Shown here: positions 20,749-32,483 of the stretch, in pieces
Layout: every line of letters begins with the position of its first letter
Position numbering within the stretch: position 1 is the stretch's first letter
From: an uncultured Clostridia bacterium
GTDB taxonomy: Bacteria > Bacillota > Clostridia > TANB77 > CAG-508
Assembly (NCBI GenBank): GCA_944392545.1
Contig: CALXWW010000001.1
Location: forward strand, 153,210-217,209
DNA length: 64,000 nt
Direction of reading: 5' to 3'
Made by a program: the position numbers and the translations under genes
The notes under the pieces: model-generated
The model's database searches: none
What the model was told of the DNA's origin: nothing
Seen by the model: the letters and a program-made list of their open reading frames with translations, nothing else

Positions 20749-23700
20749 ATGAATAATTTATTACATGTAGGATTAGATGTAGGTTCTACAACAGTAAAAA
20801 TAGTTGTTATGGACGACAATTTAAATATAATATATAGAGATTATCAAAGGCACTTTTCAGATACGAAAAATACCGTATGTAGTGTATTAGAGAGACTTTC
20901 TGAAAAATATCCAGAATCAGAATTTACAATAGCACTGACAGGTTCAGGCGCTATGTCTGCTGCCAAATTTTTGGACTTACCTTTTATTCAGGAAGTAGTA
21001 TCTTGTAAGAGAGCTGTAGAAAAATATATACCAAAAACAGACGTAGTTATAGAGCTTGGCGGAGAAGACGCTAAAATAATATATTTTGATAAATCAATAG
21101 AACAACGTATGAATGGTTCATGTGCAGGTGGTACTGGTGCATTTATCGATCAAATGGCATCACTCCTAAATACAGATCCAACAGGATTAAATGAACTAGC
21201 AAAAAATTATCAAACTATATACCCTATTGCATCTCGTTGCGGAGTTTTCGCTAAAACAGATATTCAACCACTCTTAAATGAAGGTGCTGCTAAAGAAGAT
21301 ATTGCAGTATCTATCTTTCAAGCAGTCGTAAACCAAACAATTTCAGGTTTAGCTTGTGGTAGACCAATTAGAGGAAATGTTGCGTTTTTAGGAGGTCCTC
21401 TTAACTATTTATCAGAATTAAGAAAAAGATTTATAGAAACTTTAAACTTAACTCCAGAACAAATAATTGTTCCAGAAGAAGCACATTTGTTAGTTGCTAT
21501 GGGTGCTGCTTTAGACTCTGTAGAAGAAGCAAAACCAATTACAGTAGAAAAACTAAAAAGTAAGATAGAAGTTTTAAGAGTATCTCATGATGATACATCT
21601 AACCCTCTTTCTCCTTTATTTTCAATAGATGCAGATTATGAAGAATTTAAACAGAGACATGAAAAAGATAAAGTAGAACGAGCAGATTTAAAAACATTTG
21701 AAGGAGACTGCTTTGTTGGTATCGATGCAGGTTCTACAACAACAAAACTAACTTTAATTGATAGTGATGGAAAACTTTTGTACTCACTTTATGGAAGCAA
21801 CGAAGGAAATCCTCTTCAAAGTGTTGTAAAGATGTTAAAACAATTATATGCAGAACTACCAGAAAAAGCTGTAATTAGATATAGTGGTGTTACAGGATAT
21901 GGTGAAAAACTAATTCAAACTGCATTGAATGTAGATTTAAATGAAATAGAAACAATTGCCCATTATACTGCTGCCAAAAAGTTCATGCCAAATGTTACTA
22001 GCATTGTTGACATCGGCGGTCAAGATATGAAATATATAAAAATGAAAAATGGTGCAATAGATAATATTATGCTTAATGAAGCTTGTTCTTCTGGTTGTGG
22101 CTCTTTTATAGAAACTTTTGCTAAAAGCTTAAATTTATCAATAGAAGAATTCGTAAAAGCAGCTTTAGAAGCAAGAAGACCCGTTGATTTAGGTTCTAGA
22201 TGTACTGTATTTATGAATTCAAAAATCAAACAAGCTCAAAAAGAAGGATATTCTGTTGGAGATATTTCTGCAGGGCTTTCATATTCGGTAATAAAAAATG
22301 CTATTCAAAAAGTTATGAAAGTTAGGGACGTTAAGAAACTAGGTGCACATATTGTTGTACAAGGTGGAACTTTTTATAATGATGCTGTATTAAGAGCCTT
22401 TGAGTTGATTGTCGGAAGAAATGTTATAAGACCTGATATTGCAGGTTTAATGGGATCTTATGGTATGGCATTACTTGCCAAAGAGCAATATGAAGCAAAT
22501 TTAGATATGGAATATAAATCAACAATTACTAAACTTGAAGATTTAGATAGCTTAAAAATAGATATTTCTCATATTCGTTGTAATGGTTGTGAAAATCATT
22601 GTTTACTTACTGTCAATAAGTTCGGTAATGGCACTAAATATATTTCTGGAAATCGTTGTGAAAAGGGTGCTGGAATTGTTGGAGAAAGAACAGAACTTCC
22701 TAATTTAGTAAAATATAAGTATGAAAGAATATTTGGATATACTCCATTAGAAGAAAAAGATGCACCAAGAGGAACAATTGGAATACCAAGAGTTTTAAAT
22801 ATGTATGAGGATTATCCTTTCTGGTTTACTTTCTTAACCAATTTAGGATTTAGAGTAATACTATCTGAAAAGAGTAACAGGAAAACATATGAAAAAGGTA
22901 TGGAGTCAATGCCATCAGAATCAGTATGTTTCCCAGCTAAACTATCTCATGGACACATAATCGGATTAATTAATCAAGGTATTAAAACAATCTTTTATCC
23001 TTGTATGCCATATTCTAGAAAAGAATATGAAAAAGCAGACAACCACTATAACTGTCCTATCGTTATTTCATATTCAGAAGTATTAAAAAATAATGTGGAA
23101 GAAATAAAGGAAAAGAATATAAAATTCTTAAATCCATTCTTACCATTCGATAGTAAAAATCTAGCCAAAACAATATTAGAATTACCAGAGTTTAAAGAAT
23201 ATAACTTTACTAAAAAAGAATTATTACAGGCTGCTGAAAAAGCTGAAAAAGAATATAAAAAATGTAAATCTGACATTCAGAAAAAAGGCCAAGAAACAGT
23301 AGAATACATAGAAAAAAATAATTTAAGAGGAATTGTACTGGCTGGTCGTCCATACCATGTAGACCCAGAGGTAAACCATGGTATCGATACATTAATTACA
23401 AGCTTAGGTCTTTGCGTTCTTACCGAAGATAGTATTTCAAATCAAACAGAAGTAAAAAGACCAATCAGAGTTGTTGACCAATGGGTATTCCATGCAAGAC
23501 TTTATGCAGCAGCTGACTTTGTAGGAAAGCATGACAATTTAGAATTAGTACAATTAAATTCATTTGGCTGTGGTGTAGACGCAGTTACAACAGATCAAGT
23601 AGAAGAAATATTAACAAGTTATGGAAAAATGTACACATTAATAAAAATAGACGAAATAAATAATCTGGGTGCTGTAAGAATTCGTATTCGTTCTCTACTT

Positions 23701-25077
23701 GCTAGTATGAATAAGCGTTTATCAAATAAAGTAGAACTAAAAGGTGATGGAAATTACGAAGTAAATAAAAAAATATTTACAAAAGACATGAAGAACGATT
23801 ATACAATTCTTATTCCACAAATGGCACCAATTCACTTTGAATTACTAGAAGCAGCTGTTCGACAATCTGGATATAAAGTAGAATTATTACGTAGTTGTAC
23901 AGATCATACAGTAGAAACAGGTCTAAAATATGTAAATAATGATGCTTGCTACCCATCAATATTAGTTACAGGACAAATGATAGAAGCATTACAATCAGGA
24001 AAATATGACTTAAATAAAACCGCTTTGATTATGTCTCAAACAGGTGGTGGTTGTAGAGCAACCAATTATATAGGATTTATTCGTAAAGCATTAAAAGATG
24101 CAGGCTTTGAAAACATTCCAGTAATCTCATTTAATGTTGTTGGAATGGAAAAAATGCCAGGATTTAAAATAACTTTACCTTTAATAGAAAGACTATTAAA
24201 AATGGTGGTATATGCAGATTTATTACAAAAAATGCTTACGAAAAATAGAGCTTACGAAATAAACAAAGGTGAAACACAAAAACTATTTGATACTTGGATG
24301 GAAAAATGTAAAAAATTACTTGAAAAGTCAACAATGAAAGAATTTAAACAAAGCATTTATGATATGGTAAATGACTTTGAGAAGATTGAACTTAATACCT
24401 CTGTAGAGAAACCTAAAGTAGGCATTGTCGGTGAAGTATTAATCAAATATCATCCATTTGGAAATAACTTTATTGCAAATAAATTGGAAGAAGAAGGTGC
24501 TGAAGTAGTTTTACCAGATTTTATGGGATTTATTAAATTTATTGCAACACATAAAATAACTTTTAATCAATTAATAAAAACTGATAAAATGAAGGCTAAA
24601 TTATTTAAAACAGCAATAAAACTAATAGATATATTAGAAAAAGATTCTAAAATAGCTTTAGCAAACTCTAAAAAAGGATATTTGCCTCCAGCAAATATTT
24701 GGGAATTAGAAGATAAAGTAAAAGATGTTTTATCAATAGGAAATCAAACAGGTGAAGGATGGTTTCTAACTGCAGAGATGATAGAATACATAGAAAATGG
24801 TATACCAAATATAGCTTGTGTACAACCATTTGCCTGCTTGCCAAACCATGTTGTTGGAAAAGGTGTAATTAAAACTATTAGAAGTAAATTTCCTGAAGCA
24901 AATATATCTGCAATAGATTATGATCCAGGTGCAAGTGAAGCAAATCAAACAAATAGAATTAAACTGTTAATGACAGTTGCAAAAGATAATTTAAAGAAAC
25001 AGCAAAAAGAAAAAAAAGTAATAGAAAAAGAAAATACAAATAATTTAGAAAAAAATCCTGAAAAAATACTTAAATAA
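20749..25077 (+). CDS. Fused acyl-CoA dehydratase activase (BadF/BadG/BcrA/BcrD ATPase x2) + HgdB-like dehydratase subunit domains, 1442 aa
   Basis: Two acetate/sugar-kinase-fold ATPase modules (LHVGLDVGSTTVKIVV... and FVGIDAGSTTTKLTLI...), then Cys-rich dehydratase-component-like regions. Confidence 0.8.
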   Translation: MNNLLHVGLDVGSTTVKIVVMDDNLNIIYRDYQRHFSDTKNTVCSVLERLSEKYPESEFTIALTGSGAMSAAKFLDLPFIQEVVSCKRAVEKYIPKTDVVIELGGEDAKIIYFDKSIEQRMNGSCAGGTGAFIDQMASLLNTDPTGLNELAKNYQTIYPIASRCGVFAKTDIQPLLNEGAAKEDIAVSIFQAVVNQTISGLACGRPIRGNVAFLGGPLNYLSELRKRFIETLNLTPEQIIVPEEAHLLVAMGAALDSVEEAKPITVEKLKSKIEVLRVSHDDTSNPLSPLFSIDADYEEFKQRHEKDKVERADLKTFEGDCFVGIDAGSTTTKLTLIDSDGKLLYSLYGSNEGNPLQSVVKMLKQLYAELPEKAVIRYSGVTGYGEKLIQTALNVDLNEIETIAHYTAAKKFMPNVTSIVDIGGQDMKYIKMKNGAIDNIMLNEACSSGCGSFIETFAKSLNLSIEEFVKAALEARRPVDLGSRCTVFMNSKIKQAQKEGYSVGDISAGLSYSVIKNAIQKVMKVRDVKKLGAHIVVQGGTFYNDAVLRAFELIVGRNVIRPDIAGLMGSYGMALLAKEQYEANLDMEYKSTITKLEDLDSLKIDISHIRCNGCENHCLLTVNKFGNGTKYISGNRCEKGAGIVGERTELPNLVKYKYERIFGYTPLEEKDAPRGTIGIPRVLNMYEDYPFWFTFLTNLGFRVILSEKSNRKTYEKGMESMPSESVCFPAKLSHGHIIGLINQGIKTIFYPCMPYSRKEYEKADNHYNCPIVISYSEVLKNNVEEIKEKNIKFLNPFLPFDSKNLAKTILELPEFKEYNFTKKELLQAAEKAEKEYKKCKSDIQKKGQETVEYIEKNNLRGIVLAGRPYHVDPEVNHGIDTLITSLGLCVLTEDSISNQTEVKRPIRVVDQWVFHARLYAAADFVGKHDNLELVQLNSFGCGVDAVTTDQVEEILTSYGKMYTLIKIDEINNLGAVRIRIRSLLASMNKRLSNKVELKGDGNYEVNKKIFTKDMKNDYTILIPQMAPIHFELLEAAVRQSGYKVELLRSCTDHTVETGLKYVNNDACYPSILVTGQMIEALQSGKYDLNKTALIMSQTGGGCRATNYIGFIRKALKDAGFENIPVISFNVVGMEKMPGFKITLPLIERLLKMVVYADLLQKMLTKNRAYEINKGETQKLFDTWMEKCKKLLEKSTMKEFKQSIYDMVNDFEKIELNTSVEKPKVGIVGEVLIKYHPFGNNFIANKLEEEGAEVVLPDFMGFIKFIATHKITFNQLIKTDKMKAKLFKTAIKLIDILEKDSKIALANSKKGYLPPANIWELEDKVKDVLSIGNQTGEGWFLTAEMIEYIENGIPNIACVQPFACLPNHVVGKGVIKTIRSKFPEANISAIDYDPGASEANQTNRIKLLMTVAKDNLKKQQKEKKVIEKENTNNLEKNPEKILK

Positions 25078-25090
25078 ATCTATAAAAAAT

Positions 25091-25140
25091 AAAAAAGTTG
25101 TGAAAAATAAATATCATAACTTTTTTATTTTTTTATTAAA
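25091..25140 (+). terminator. Terminator after the activase gene
   Basis: aagttgtga...tcataactt stem, then a T-run. Confidence 0.45.
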
Positions 25141-26930
25141 TTAGATACATTATTATATTTTATTTTTTATTATAAAATATTAATTATCATTTCTGTTTTT
25201 ATTTAATAATTATTTTAATTATTATTTTATTGCTTTATTTTTTTATAATTTTTTATTTATATTTATTTTTAATAAATATATTTTATTAATTATTTATTTT
25301 TATTCTAATAATTTAATTTTTATTTGAATTAATATATTATTTTGATTATTTTCTTATTTATTTTTGATTTGTTTTTTATAATTTATTTCTTTTTTTCTCT
25401 TTTATTTTTTTCTCATTATATCATATTATTTAAATTATTAATTTTTTATTTATTCGGTTTTATCTTCTATCCACTTTTTTATTCTACTTTGCTTTGATTT
25501 GTGTTAATATATCATTTGTCTTTTTGTTAATATTTTATCTTTCTCATCATTTTAAGCAGAGATTCTTTCTCTTTTATTTTTATTACTCAAAAATGTTTCC
25601 TTTATTTTTCATTTTATGTTCACTTACTATTTGTATTTTATATCTTTTTACTTCTTTGCTATTCCGTTAGTTTTTTCTTTTATTTTTTTCATTTTTCTTT
25701 AGATTCTACTTTATTAATTAGTTTACATATATTTATTTTTTATATACTTGTTTTTAGATACATTATTTCGTTTTTACTCCTTACTATTTTTATTTTTCCT
25801 TTTTGACAATTTGTAGGTTTTGCTTATTCTCCACTAGTATTCCTTTTGCTTTGTTTTTTATTTAAGATCTTTACAATTTTAATCATAATTATATTCTTAA
25901 ATTTTATATTTATTTCTTATTATTTTTTAATTCAGTTTTTATTTGTATTTTTAATTTTATTATTTATTATAAAATATTAATTATTATTTTTGTTTTATTT
26001 AATAATTATTTTGATTATTATTTTGTATTAATTATTTTATTAATTTATTTTTTATATTATTTATTTTTATTTTTAATAAATATATTTTATTAATTATTTT
26101 TTATTTATTTAAATTTTAATAAATTAATTTTTATAATAAATAATATCTATTTTATTTAATTTTTATTATATATATTAAATTTATTTTTTATAATTCTTTT
26201 ATTGTTCTTTAATTATTTAATAATATATATTATAGTTCTTAAATATTTAAGATTTTTGTATGTTTAACAATAAATTTTATTTTAACATTCTCTTTAAGTT
26301 TTATCAATATATTATTTGTCTTTTTGTTAATATGTTATTTTTTATGCTTCTCTTCACATGTTTCTTTGCTTTCTATTATTCTTAGTATCTTCTATTACAT
26401 TACCTTTTCTTTATCTTATGTCTACTATTTCTTTTTCTTTTTTATATTCTCGCTTATTCACTATTCCGTTGCCGATTTTCTTATCTATATTCACTTTTTC
26501 TTAGCATTTTTGTTTAAGTAATAGTTTACATATATTTATCTAGCTTATTGCTTTTTTCTATCCTCTTTCTTATTATTTTTGTTTTCATATTTTTCATTCT
26601 CCTTTTTGACAATTTCATCATATTCTATGTATCTGTTTTTCGCTCTCTTATTTTCCATTTTTCTTTACAGTTTTTACAGTTTTTACCATTAATTATATTA
26701 CTTATTCTCATATTTATTTTTATTATTTTATTTAATTTTATTGTATATTTTATTTATTATTTAAATAAATTTATGTATTTTAATTTTATTTTTATATTTT
26801 TAATTGTTTATTTTTATATTCTTAATTATTTATTTTTATAAATAATTTTTATTTTGTATATTATTAATAAAACTTGTATTTTTTTTATTTTCACGATATA
26901 ATAATCATTGTTAATAATATAAGGAGGTAT
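25141..26930. repeat. AT-extreme tandem array 1: about 2.2 copies of an ~800-bp non-coding unit, T-rich on the + strand
   Basis: A partial tail copy at 25141-25421, a full copy from 25422 (catattatttaaatt...) and a diverged third copy from about 26290. Landmark motifs such as atattatttgtctttttgttaatat and ttttaagcagagat recur about 800 bp apart. The same unit reappears at 28700-30140. Confidence 0.85.
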
Positions 26931-26933
26931 ATT

Positions 26934-27488
26934 ATGCTACTTGCTTTAGCAGGAGTTACTGGAGTTGGTAAATCTTATTTCAAAGATCTGCTAGTAAAAA
27001 AATTAAATTTTGAAAAAATAAAAATAATTACTACTCGACAAATAAGACCAGGAGAAAAAAATAATGAAGATAAAATTTTTGTTTCTCCTGAAGAATTACA
27101 AAATTTTAAAAATTCAGATATAATTGCTTATGATTTTAATATGCTTGGTAATATATATGCATATTTAAAGGATGATTTATTTTCAGAAAAAAATACTGTT
27201 TTTGAACTTCACTACTCAACAATTTTCGATTTAAAAAAGATTTGTCCAAATATGGTCGCAGTTTATATTTTTCCTGAAAATTTAGAAATGGCTAAGGAAG
27301 AAACAAGAAAAAGACATCTCGATTCTGAAGTTGAAAAAAATAGGTTGTTAGAAATAGATGAACACTATTACAAAATACTTTCTGATGAACATTTAAGAAA
27401 TCAATTTGATTATTTTATATCTAATAGCTATAACCAAAAATCAGAAAATGAAATATTAGAATTAGTAAAAAAAATATTAAATAAATAG
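26934..27488 (+). CDS. Guanylate-kinase-like P-loop nucleoside monophosphate kinase
   Basis: P-loop LALAGVTGVGKS, then ITTRQIRPGE, which matches the guanylate kinase TTR-PR-GE motif. AAGGAGG RBS before the ATG at 26934. Confidence 0.6.
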   Translation: MLLALAGVTGVGKSYFKDLLVKKLNFEKIKIITTRQIRPGEKNNEDKIFVSPEELQNFKNSDIIAYDFNMLGNIYAYLKDDLFSEKNTVFELHYSTIFDLKKICPNMVAVYIFPENLEMAKEETRKRHLDSEVEKNRLLEIDEHYYKILSDEHLRNQFDYFISNSYNQKSENEILELVKKILNK

Positions 27489-27499
27489 GAGAATATAAT

Positions 27500-28333
27500 A
27501 TGTCAAAAGATTATTTTTCACTAGATGAAGATTTTTCAAATATCATAAAAAAATCTTTATCTGCTAAAGAAATTATTAATATAAAACCAATCTCTACAGG
27601 TTGGACCAATATAGTATTTGAAGTAACAACTACTTGTGGAAATTATTTTTTTAGATTTCCTAGAGATAATTTTTGGATTAGAACAATTGTTAAAGATTAT
27701 GAATTTTCTAAGTTTATTAACGGAAAAACTGATTTTAATACTGTAAAATTAGAATTACAATATGATAATGGGAGACCATATAGCATACATAAGAAAATAG
27801 AAGGAACAGTATTAGCAGATGTAATGAATAGCTTATCTCCTCAACAAATAAAGACTGTTGCTAAAGATATTTCAAATTTTATGTACCAATTACACAACAT
27901 AAAATTTGATTATAATGAAATTTTTGATATAACAAATATAGGACTTAATTTAACCGATTTTTTAAATGAATTATTAGACCTACATGTTTCACAAAAAGAT
28001 AAAGTCTTTTGGAAATATGAAGAATTTAAAAATAAAGAACATGATACACTAGTTCATGGAGACTTAAACTCAAGTAATATATTACTTGATGAAAATTATC
28101 ATGTTACCGCAATTATTGACTTTGGCTTTGGTGGATTTGGAAATCCATATTTTGATATATCTCGTATTATTGGTAGATGTCCTTCTTCTTTCAAGAATGA
28201 AATTATTGATAGTTATGAAGAACTATCAAATAAAAATTTAGATTATGCTACTTTAAATAAGGAAATTAAAGTTTGGGAAAACATAGATAATTCATATATT
28301 AATTATATGAAAAAAATAGGAATATATAAATAA
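27500..28333 (+). CDS. APH/choline-kinase family phosphotransferase
   Basis: Catalytic loop HGDLNSSNILLDE and IDFGFGGFGNPYFDISR, typical of aminoglycoside/small-molecule phosphotransferases. Confidence 0.75.
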   Translation: MSKDYFSLDEDFSNIIKKSLSAKEIINIKPISTGWTNIVFEVTTTCGNYFFRFPRDNFWIRTIVKDYEFSKFINGKTDFNTVKLELQYDNGRPYSIHKKIEGTVLADVMNSLSPQQIKTVAKDISNFMYQLHNIKFDYNEIFDITNIGLNLTDFLNELLDLHVSQKDKVFWKYEEFKNKEHDTLVHGDLNSSNILLDENYHVTAIIDFGFGGFGNPYFDISRIIGRCPSSFKNEIIDSYEELSNKNLDYATLNKEIKVWENIDNSYINYMKKIGIYK

Positions 28334-28365
28334 AGCTAATACTAAAAAGTATTAGCTTTATTTAT
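28332..28365. terminator. Bidirectional hairpin between the APH-like gene and the tRNA-Ser genes
   Basis: aaagctaatact aaaa agtattagcttt, then tttatttat. Confidence 0.5.
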
Positions 28366-28366
28366 T

Positions 28367-28457
28367 TGGCGGAAGCGAGAGGATTTGAACCTCCGCGGCC
28401 CTTACGAACCCTAGCAGTTTAGCAAACTGCCCCCTTCAACCACTTGGGTACGCCTCC
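28367..28457 (-). tRNA. tRNA-Ser (anticodon GCT)
   Basis: Reverse complement GGAGGCGTACCCAAGTGGTTGAAGGGGGCAGTTTGCTAAACTGC..., long variable arm, T-arm GGAGGTTCAAATCCTCT, CCA. Confidence 0.85.
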
Positions 28458-28502
28458 ATATAATAAAAGTTAGAAAATTCAATTATCTAACTTTTAAATA
28501 TT

Positions 28503-28594
<92 letters not shown>

Positions 28595-28624
28595 GTGTTA
28601 ATTCTACCAATCACGGTAACAGTA

Positions 28625-28670
28625 TATATATTAACATATTTAGCCTTTAGTTGTCAATAGTAATTTTAGG
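28625..28670 (-). promoter_or_regulatory. Candidate sigma-A promoter for the tRNA-Ser pair
   Basis: On the minus strand: TTGACA, a 17-nt spacer, then TTAATAT, about 30 nt before the tRNA-Ser(TGA) 5' end. Confidence 0.4.
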
Positions 28671-28699
28671 AAATTTTATATTAATATACTTAAAACTAT

Positions 28700-30140
28700 T
28701 TTATAAAAAATAAGAAGTAAAATATTGTCATATATATATATTATTTTTTGATTTATAAAATAATTTTAATTGTATTTTTTAATTTATTATTTATTTTTTT
28801 AATAAATATATTTTATTAATTTTTATTTATTAATTTTAATTTATTAATTTTATTATTTATTTAATTTTTATTTAATATTTATTTAAATTAATATATTATT
28901 TTTTCATTTATTTTTTTATTGTTTAATATTTTATCTATATTAAATATTTTGTATTTATTATTTTATTTATTATTTTATTTAATTCTGATTTAGTTTTTAT
29001 AATTTATCTCTTTTTTCTATTTTATTTTTTCTCTCTATATCATATTATTTAAATTCTTAATTTTATATTTATTTAGTTTTATCTTCTATTCACTTTTTTG
29101 TTCTACTTTGTTTTGATTTGCCTCGATATATTATTTGTCTTTTTGTTAATATGTTATCTTTCTCATCATTTTAAGCAGAGATCTTTTTTTCTTTTATTTT
29201 TATTACTCATAAATATTTCCTTTATCTTTTATTTTATGTTTACTTTTGCTTTGTTTTTTATATCTTTTTACTTTTTTGCTATTCCGCTAGTTTTTTTCTT
29301 TTATTTTTTTCATTTTTCTTTAGATTCTACTTTATTAATTAGTTTACATATATTTATTTTTTATATACTTATTTTTATATACTTTCTTTTGTTTTTACTT
29401 TTTACTATTTTTGGTTTTCCTTTTTGACAATTTATAAGTTTTTGTTTATTCTCCATTAGTAGTCCTTTTCCCTTGTTTTTTATTTAAGATCTTTACAATT
29501 TTAATCATAATTATATTCTTAAATTTTATATTTACTTCTTATTATTTTTTAATTCAGTTTTTATTTGTGTTTTAATTTTATTATTTATTATAAAATATTA
29601 ATTATTATTTCTGTTTTTATTTAATAATTATTTTAATTATTATTTTATATTAATTATTTTATTAATTTATTTTTTAATATTTTTTATTTATTATTTATAT
29701 TTATTTTTAATAAATATATTTTATTAATTATTTTTTATTTATTTTACTTTTAATAAATTAATTTTTTATAATAAATAATATCTATTTTATTTAATTTTTA
29801 TTATATATATATTAAATTTATTTTTTATAATTCTTTGTTAATATTTTTTATTAATATTTGTTATATTACATCAATCTATTATTTTTAAATAAACTATTTA
29901 TTATATATTTATTAATTATTTTTTATTACTTCTCATTTATTTTCGTTCTTTATTTTTTGTTTTTAAGCTTTTAAATTTTATTTAAATATATCTTTATATT
30001 TAATACTATAAATGAGCTTAAAATTACTTTAAATTAATTTTATTTTATTACTAATAATAATTATTAAAATTGTTATAAAAAAATAAGTATTTAATTTATT
30101 TAAATACTTATTTTTTATCATCTGATAATCAATACAATAT
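28700..30140. repeat. AT-extreme tandem array 2: second copy set of the ~800-bp unit
   Basis: A full unit from 29041 (catattatttaaattcttaattttat...) is near-identical to 25422-26220. A partial copy precedes it (28730-29040) and a degenerate tail follows to about 30140. It is in direct orientation relative to array 1, about 3.6 kb away. Confidence 0.85.
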
Positions 30141-30143
30141 ATT

Positions 30144-30644
30144 TTATCTTTTAGTATTTATTGCTTTATTAACTGCCTCTTTTTCTTCTTCCGATAATAT
30201 GTATTTTGACTGTCCATTTTCTATAGGTTTTGCATATATGTTAGAATTGTCCCTAGCATATATTCCATTTAATACTACACCATTATTATAATCATCTAAA
30301 ATAGCTAATGTAAAACTTAAATCACTACCTACATCTTTAAAGGCATTATATCTTACAATTCCTATTTTTTGCGTGCATCTTTTTATATTTTCATCAATTA
30401 CTTTGCAATATGATATTATTTCTCCATTTTTTGCTTCTACTGTTTCTACTCTTTTAATATATTCTTTTAATAGTTCTTCTATATTATTACCATTTCCTAG
30501 TTTGCTCATAAATCTTGAATAACTTGTCCTTAACTTTTTTAAATTAATTACACTAGTAATATATAATATCAACAATATGATAACTATTATAAATAATACT
30601 AAAAGAAAAATATCTGATCTTAAAAAATTAAAAAATATATCCAC
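30144..30644 (-). CDS. DUF4446-like membrane-anchored protein, the usual neighbour of spo0J
   Basis: 166 aa, N-terminal TM. Positionally equivalent to the DUF4446 gene that follows parB in many Firmicutes. Confidence 0.55.
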   Translation of the reverse strand: MDIFFNFLRSDIFLLVLFIIVIILLILYITSVINLKKLRTSYSRFMSKLGNGNNIEELLKEYIKRVETVEAKNGEIISYCKVIDENIKRCTQKIGIVRYNAFKDVGSDLSFTLAILDDYNNGVVLNGIYARDNSNIYAKPIENGQSKYILSEEEKEAVNKAINTKR

Positions 30645-30670
30645 TATTTCTATCCTCTCTAATACTAAAA

Positions 30671-31525
30671 TTATTTTATAAGTCCTAAAATTCTCTCTAA
30701 ATCATCGTATGAAGAGTATTGAATAATTATTTTTCCAGATTTTTTATTGGCATTTAACTTTACTTTTGTCCCAAAGAAACCTTGGAAAGAATCTTCTATA
30801 TCTCTATATATTGCTTCAATTCTAGGATCTTTTTTATCTATTGTTTTTGAGTTCTTTATTTTTCTTTCTATATCCCTTACAGATTCCCCTCTTTCTATTA
30901 TATTTAATGCTGCCTTATACTGTCTTTCTGGATCTTCAATTACAACTAAATTCCTACAATGTCCTTCTGTAAGCTTTCCTTCTTGCGCAAGTTCAATTAC
31001 TCTTGGGTCTAAATTTAAAATTCTTATAGAGTTTGCTATATTACTTCTACTTATTCCTATAGAATCTGCAAGCTCTTTTTGAGTCATTCCATAATCATCA
31101 ATTAGTTCTTTTAGTCCTTTTGCTTTATCTATTGGATTTAAATCTACTCTCTGTAAATTCTCTATCAATGCTATTTCTTTATTTGATTTATCTGTTATAT
31201 CATCTTTTATAATACATGGCATTTCAGATAATCCTGCCTTTTTAGCTGCTCTCCAACGTCTCTCTCCTGCTACTATTTCATAATAATCGCTTTTTTTATT
31301 AACTATAATAGGTTGTAACACCCCATAAGTTTTTATGGAATTTGCAAGTTCTTCTAAAGCTTCTTCATCAAATTTTTTTCTAGGTTGTTCTCTATTAGGT
31401 TCAATCTCTATAACTTTTATTTTATGAATTTTTTCTGCAGAATTTTCTAAATTTTCTACATCATTTGATAATAAATTATCTGCAAATAGTGCATCTAAGC
31501 CTTTTCCTAATCCAGTTTTTTTCAT
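30671..31525 (-). CDS. spo0J: Chromosome partitioning protein ParB/Spo0J
   Basis: ParB box IVAGERRWRAAKKAGL and an HTH (MTQKELADSIGISRSNIANSIR). Confidence 0.9.
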   Translation of the reverse strand: MKKTGLGKGLDALFADNLLSNDVENLENSAEKIHKIKVIEIEPNREQPRKKFDEEALEELANSIKTYGVLQPIIVNKKSDYYEIVAGERRWRAAKKAGLSEMPCIIKDDITDKSNKEIALIENLQRVDLNPIDKAKGLKELIDDYGMTQKELADSIGISRSNIANSIRILNLDPRVIELAQEGKLTEGHCRNLVVIEDPERQYKAALNIIERGESVRDIERKIKNSKTIDKKDPRIEAIYRDIEDSFQGFFGTKVKLNANKKSGKIIIQYSSYDDLERILGLIK

Positions 31526-31552
31526 CTTTACCTCCTAAATATACTTTATTTT

Positions 31553-32344
31553 TTATAATGAATGTTTACCACGTGAATCTGTTTCGTTTTTCTTAAGAAA
31601 TTCTTTTACAAATTTTTCATAACTCTTTGCCCCTTTTGATCTTGGATCATATATACTAATTGGCATTCCATAGCTTGGTGCTTCACTTAACTTAACATTT
31701 CTTGGAATAACGTTTTTATAAACTTTATCATTAAAATATTTTTTTACTTCTTTAACTACTTGATTAGATAAATTAGTTCTTATGTCATACATAGTAAGAA
31801 GAGCACCTTCTATTTCTATATTCTTATTAAGATGCTTCTTTACTAAATTTATTGTATTAAGTAATTGTCCTAATCCTTCTAATGCATAATATTCGCATTG
31901 TACTGGTATTAAAACACTATCTGAAGCAGTAAAAGCATTTAATGTAATTAATCCTAATGATGGAGGACAATCTATTATAATAAAATCATAGTCTGCTTTA
32001 ATTTTATCTAATTTTTCTTTTAATCTTTGCTCTCTTGACATTACAGAAACTAGTTCAACTTCAGCCCCTGCAAGGTTTATATTAGAAGGACATATATTTA
32101 AGTTTTTAATATTTGTCTTTTTGACAACTTCGTCAACTTCTATTTCGTTTATTAGAATATCGTAAACAGATACTTCTATATTATCTCTATCTATCCCAAC
32201 TCCACTAGAAGCATTTCCTTGAGGATCTGCGTCAATCATTAAAACTTTTTTGCCTTTCTTTGCAATAATAGTGCTTAAATTAATTGCGGTTGTAGTCTTT
32301 CCTACTCCTCCTTTTTGATTTGCAATCGAAATAATTTTCCCCAT
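31553..32344 (-). CDS. soj: Chromosome partitioning ATPase ParA/Soj
   Basis: Deviant Walker A IANQKGGVGKTTTAINL. The start is the ATG at 32344 after AGGAGG, shorter than the tracked ORF. Confidence 0.9.
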   Translation of the reverse strand: MGKIISIANQKGGVGKTTTAINLSTIIAKKGKKVLMIDADPQGNASSGVGIDRDNIEVSVYDILINEIEVDEVVKKTNIKNLNICPSNINLAGAEVELVSVMSREQRLKEKLDKIKADYDFIIIDCPPSLGLITLNAFTASDSVLIPVQCEYYALEGLGQLLNTINLVKKHLNKNIEIEGALLTMYDIRTNLSNQVVKEVKKYFNDKVYKNVIPRNVKLSEAPSYGMPISIYDPRSKGAKSYEKFVKEFLKKNETDSRGKHSL

Positions 32345-32483
32345 ATCATAGCCTCCTAAAAAAATTAACATATTAATAATATATAATAATTAATAATATG
32401 TCAATAAATTTCGTATAAATATTTCATATTTTTTTATAAAAAAATAAGGAAATCTTTTATTCGAATTTCCTTACTTATTATTT

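Noticed and set aside
22020-24948. Several short antisense ORFs inside the 1442-aa activase gene
   Set aside because: They are embedded in a long, well-supported coding frame.
26324-26841. ORFs in the AT-rich repeat arrays (26324-26521, 26548-26841, 29098-29427)
   Set aside because: These are Phe/Leu/Ile-only translations of a T-rich strand. They have no RBS, and the copies are not conserved as reading frames.
31555-31580. Possible parS (tgtttaccacgtgaatc) at the soj 3' end
   Set aside because: It does not match the 16-bp TGTTNCACGTGAAACA palindrome (extra bases, wrong right arm). It is just coding sequence.
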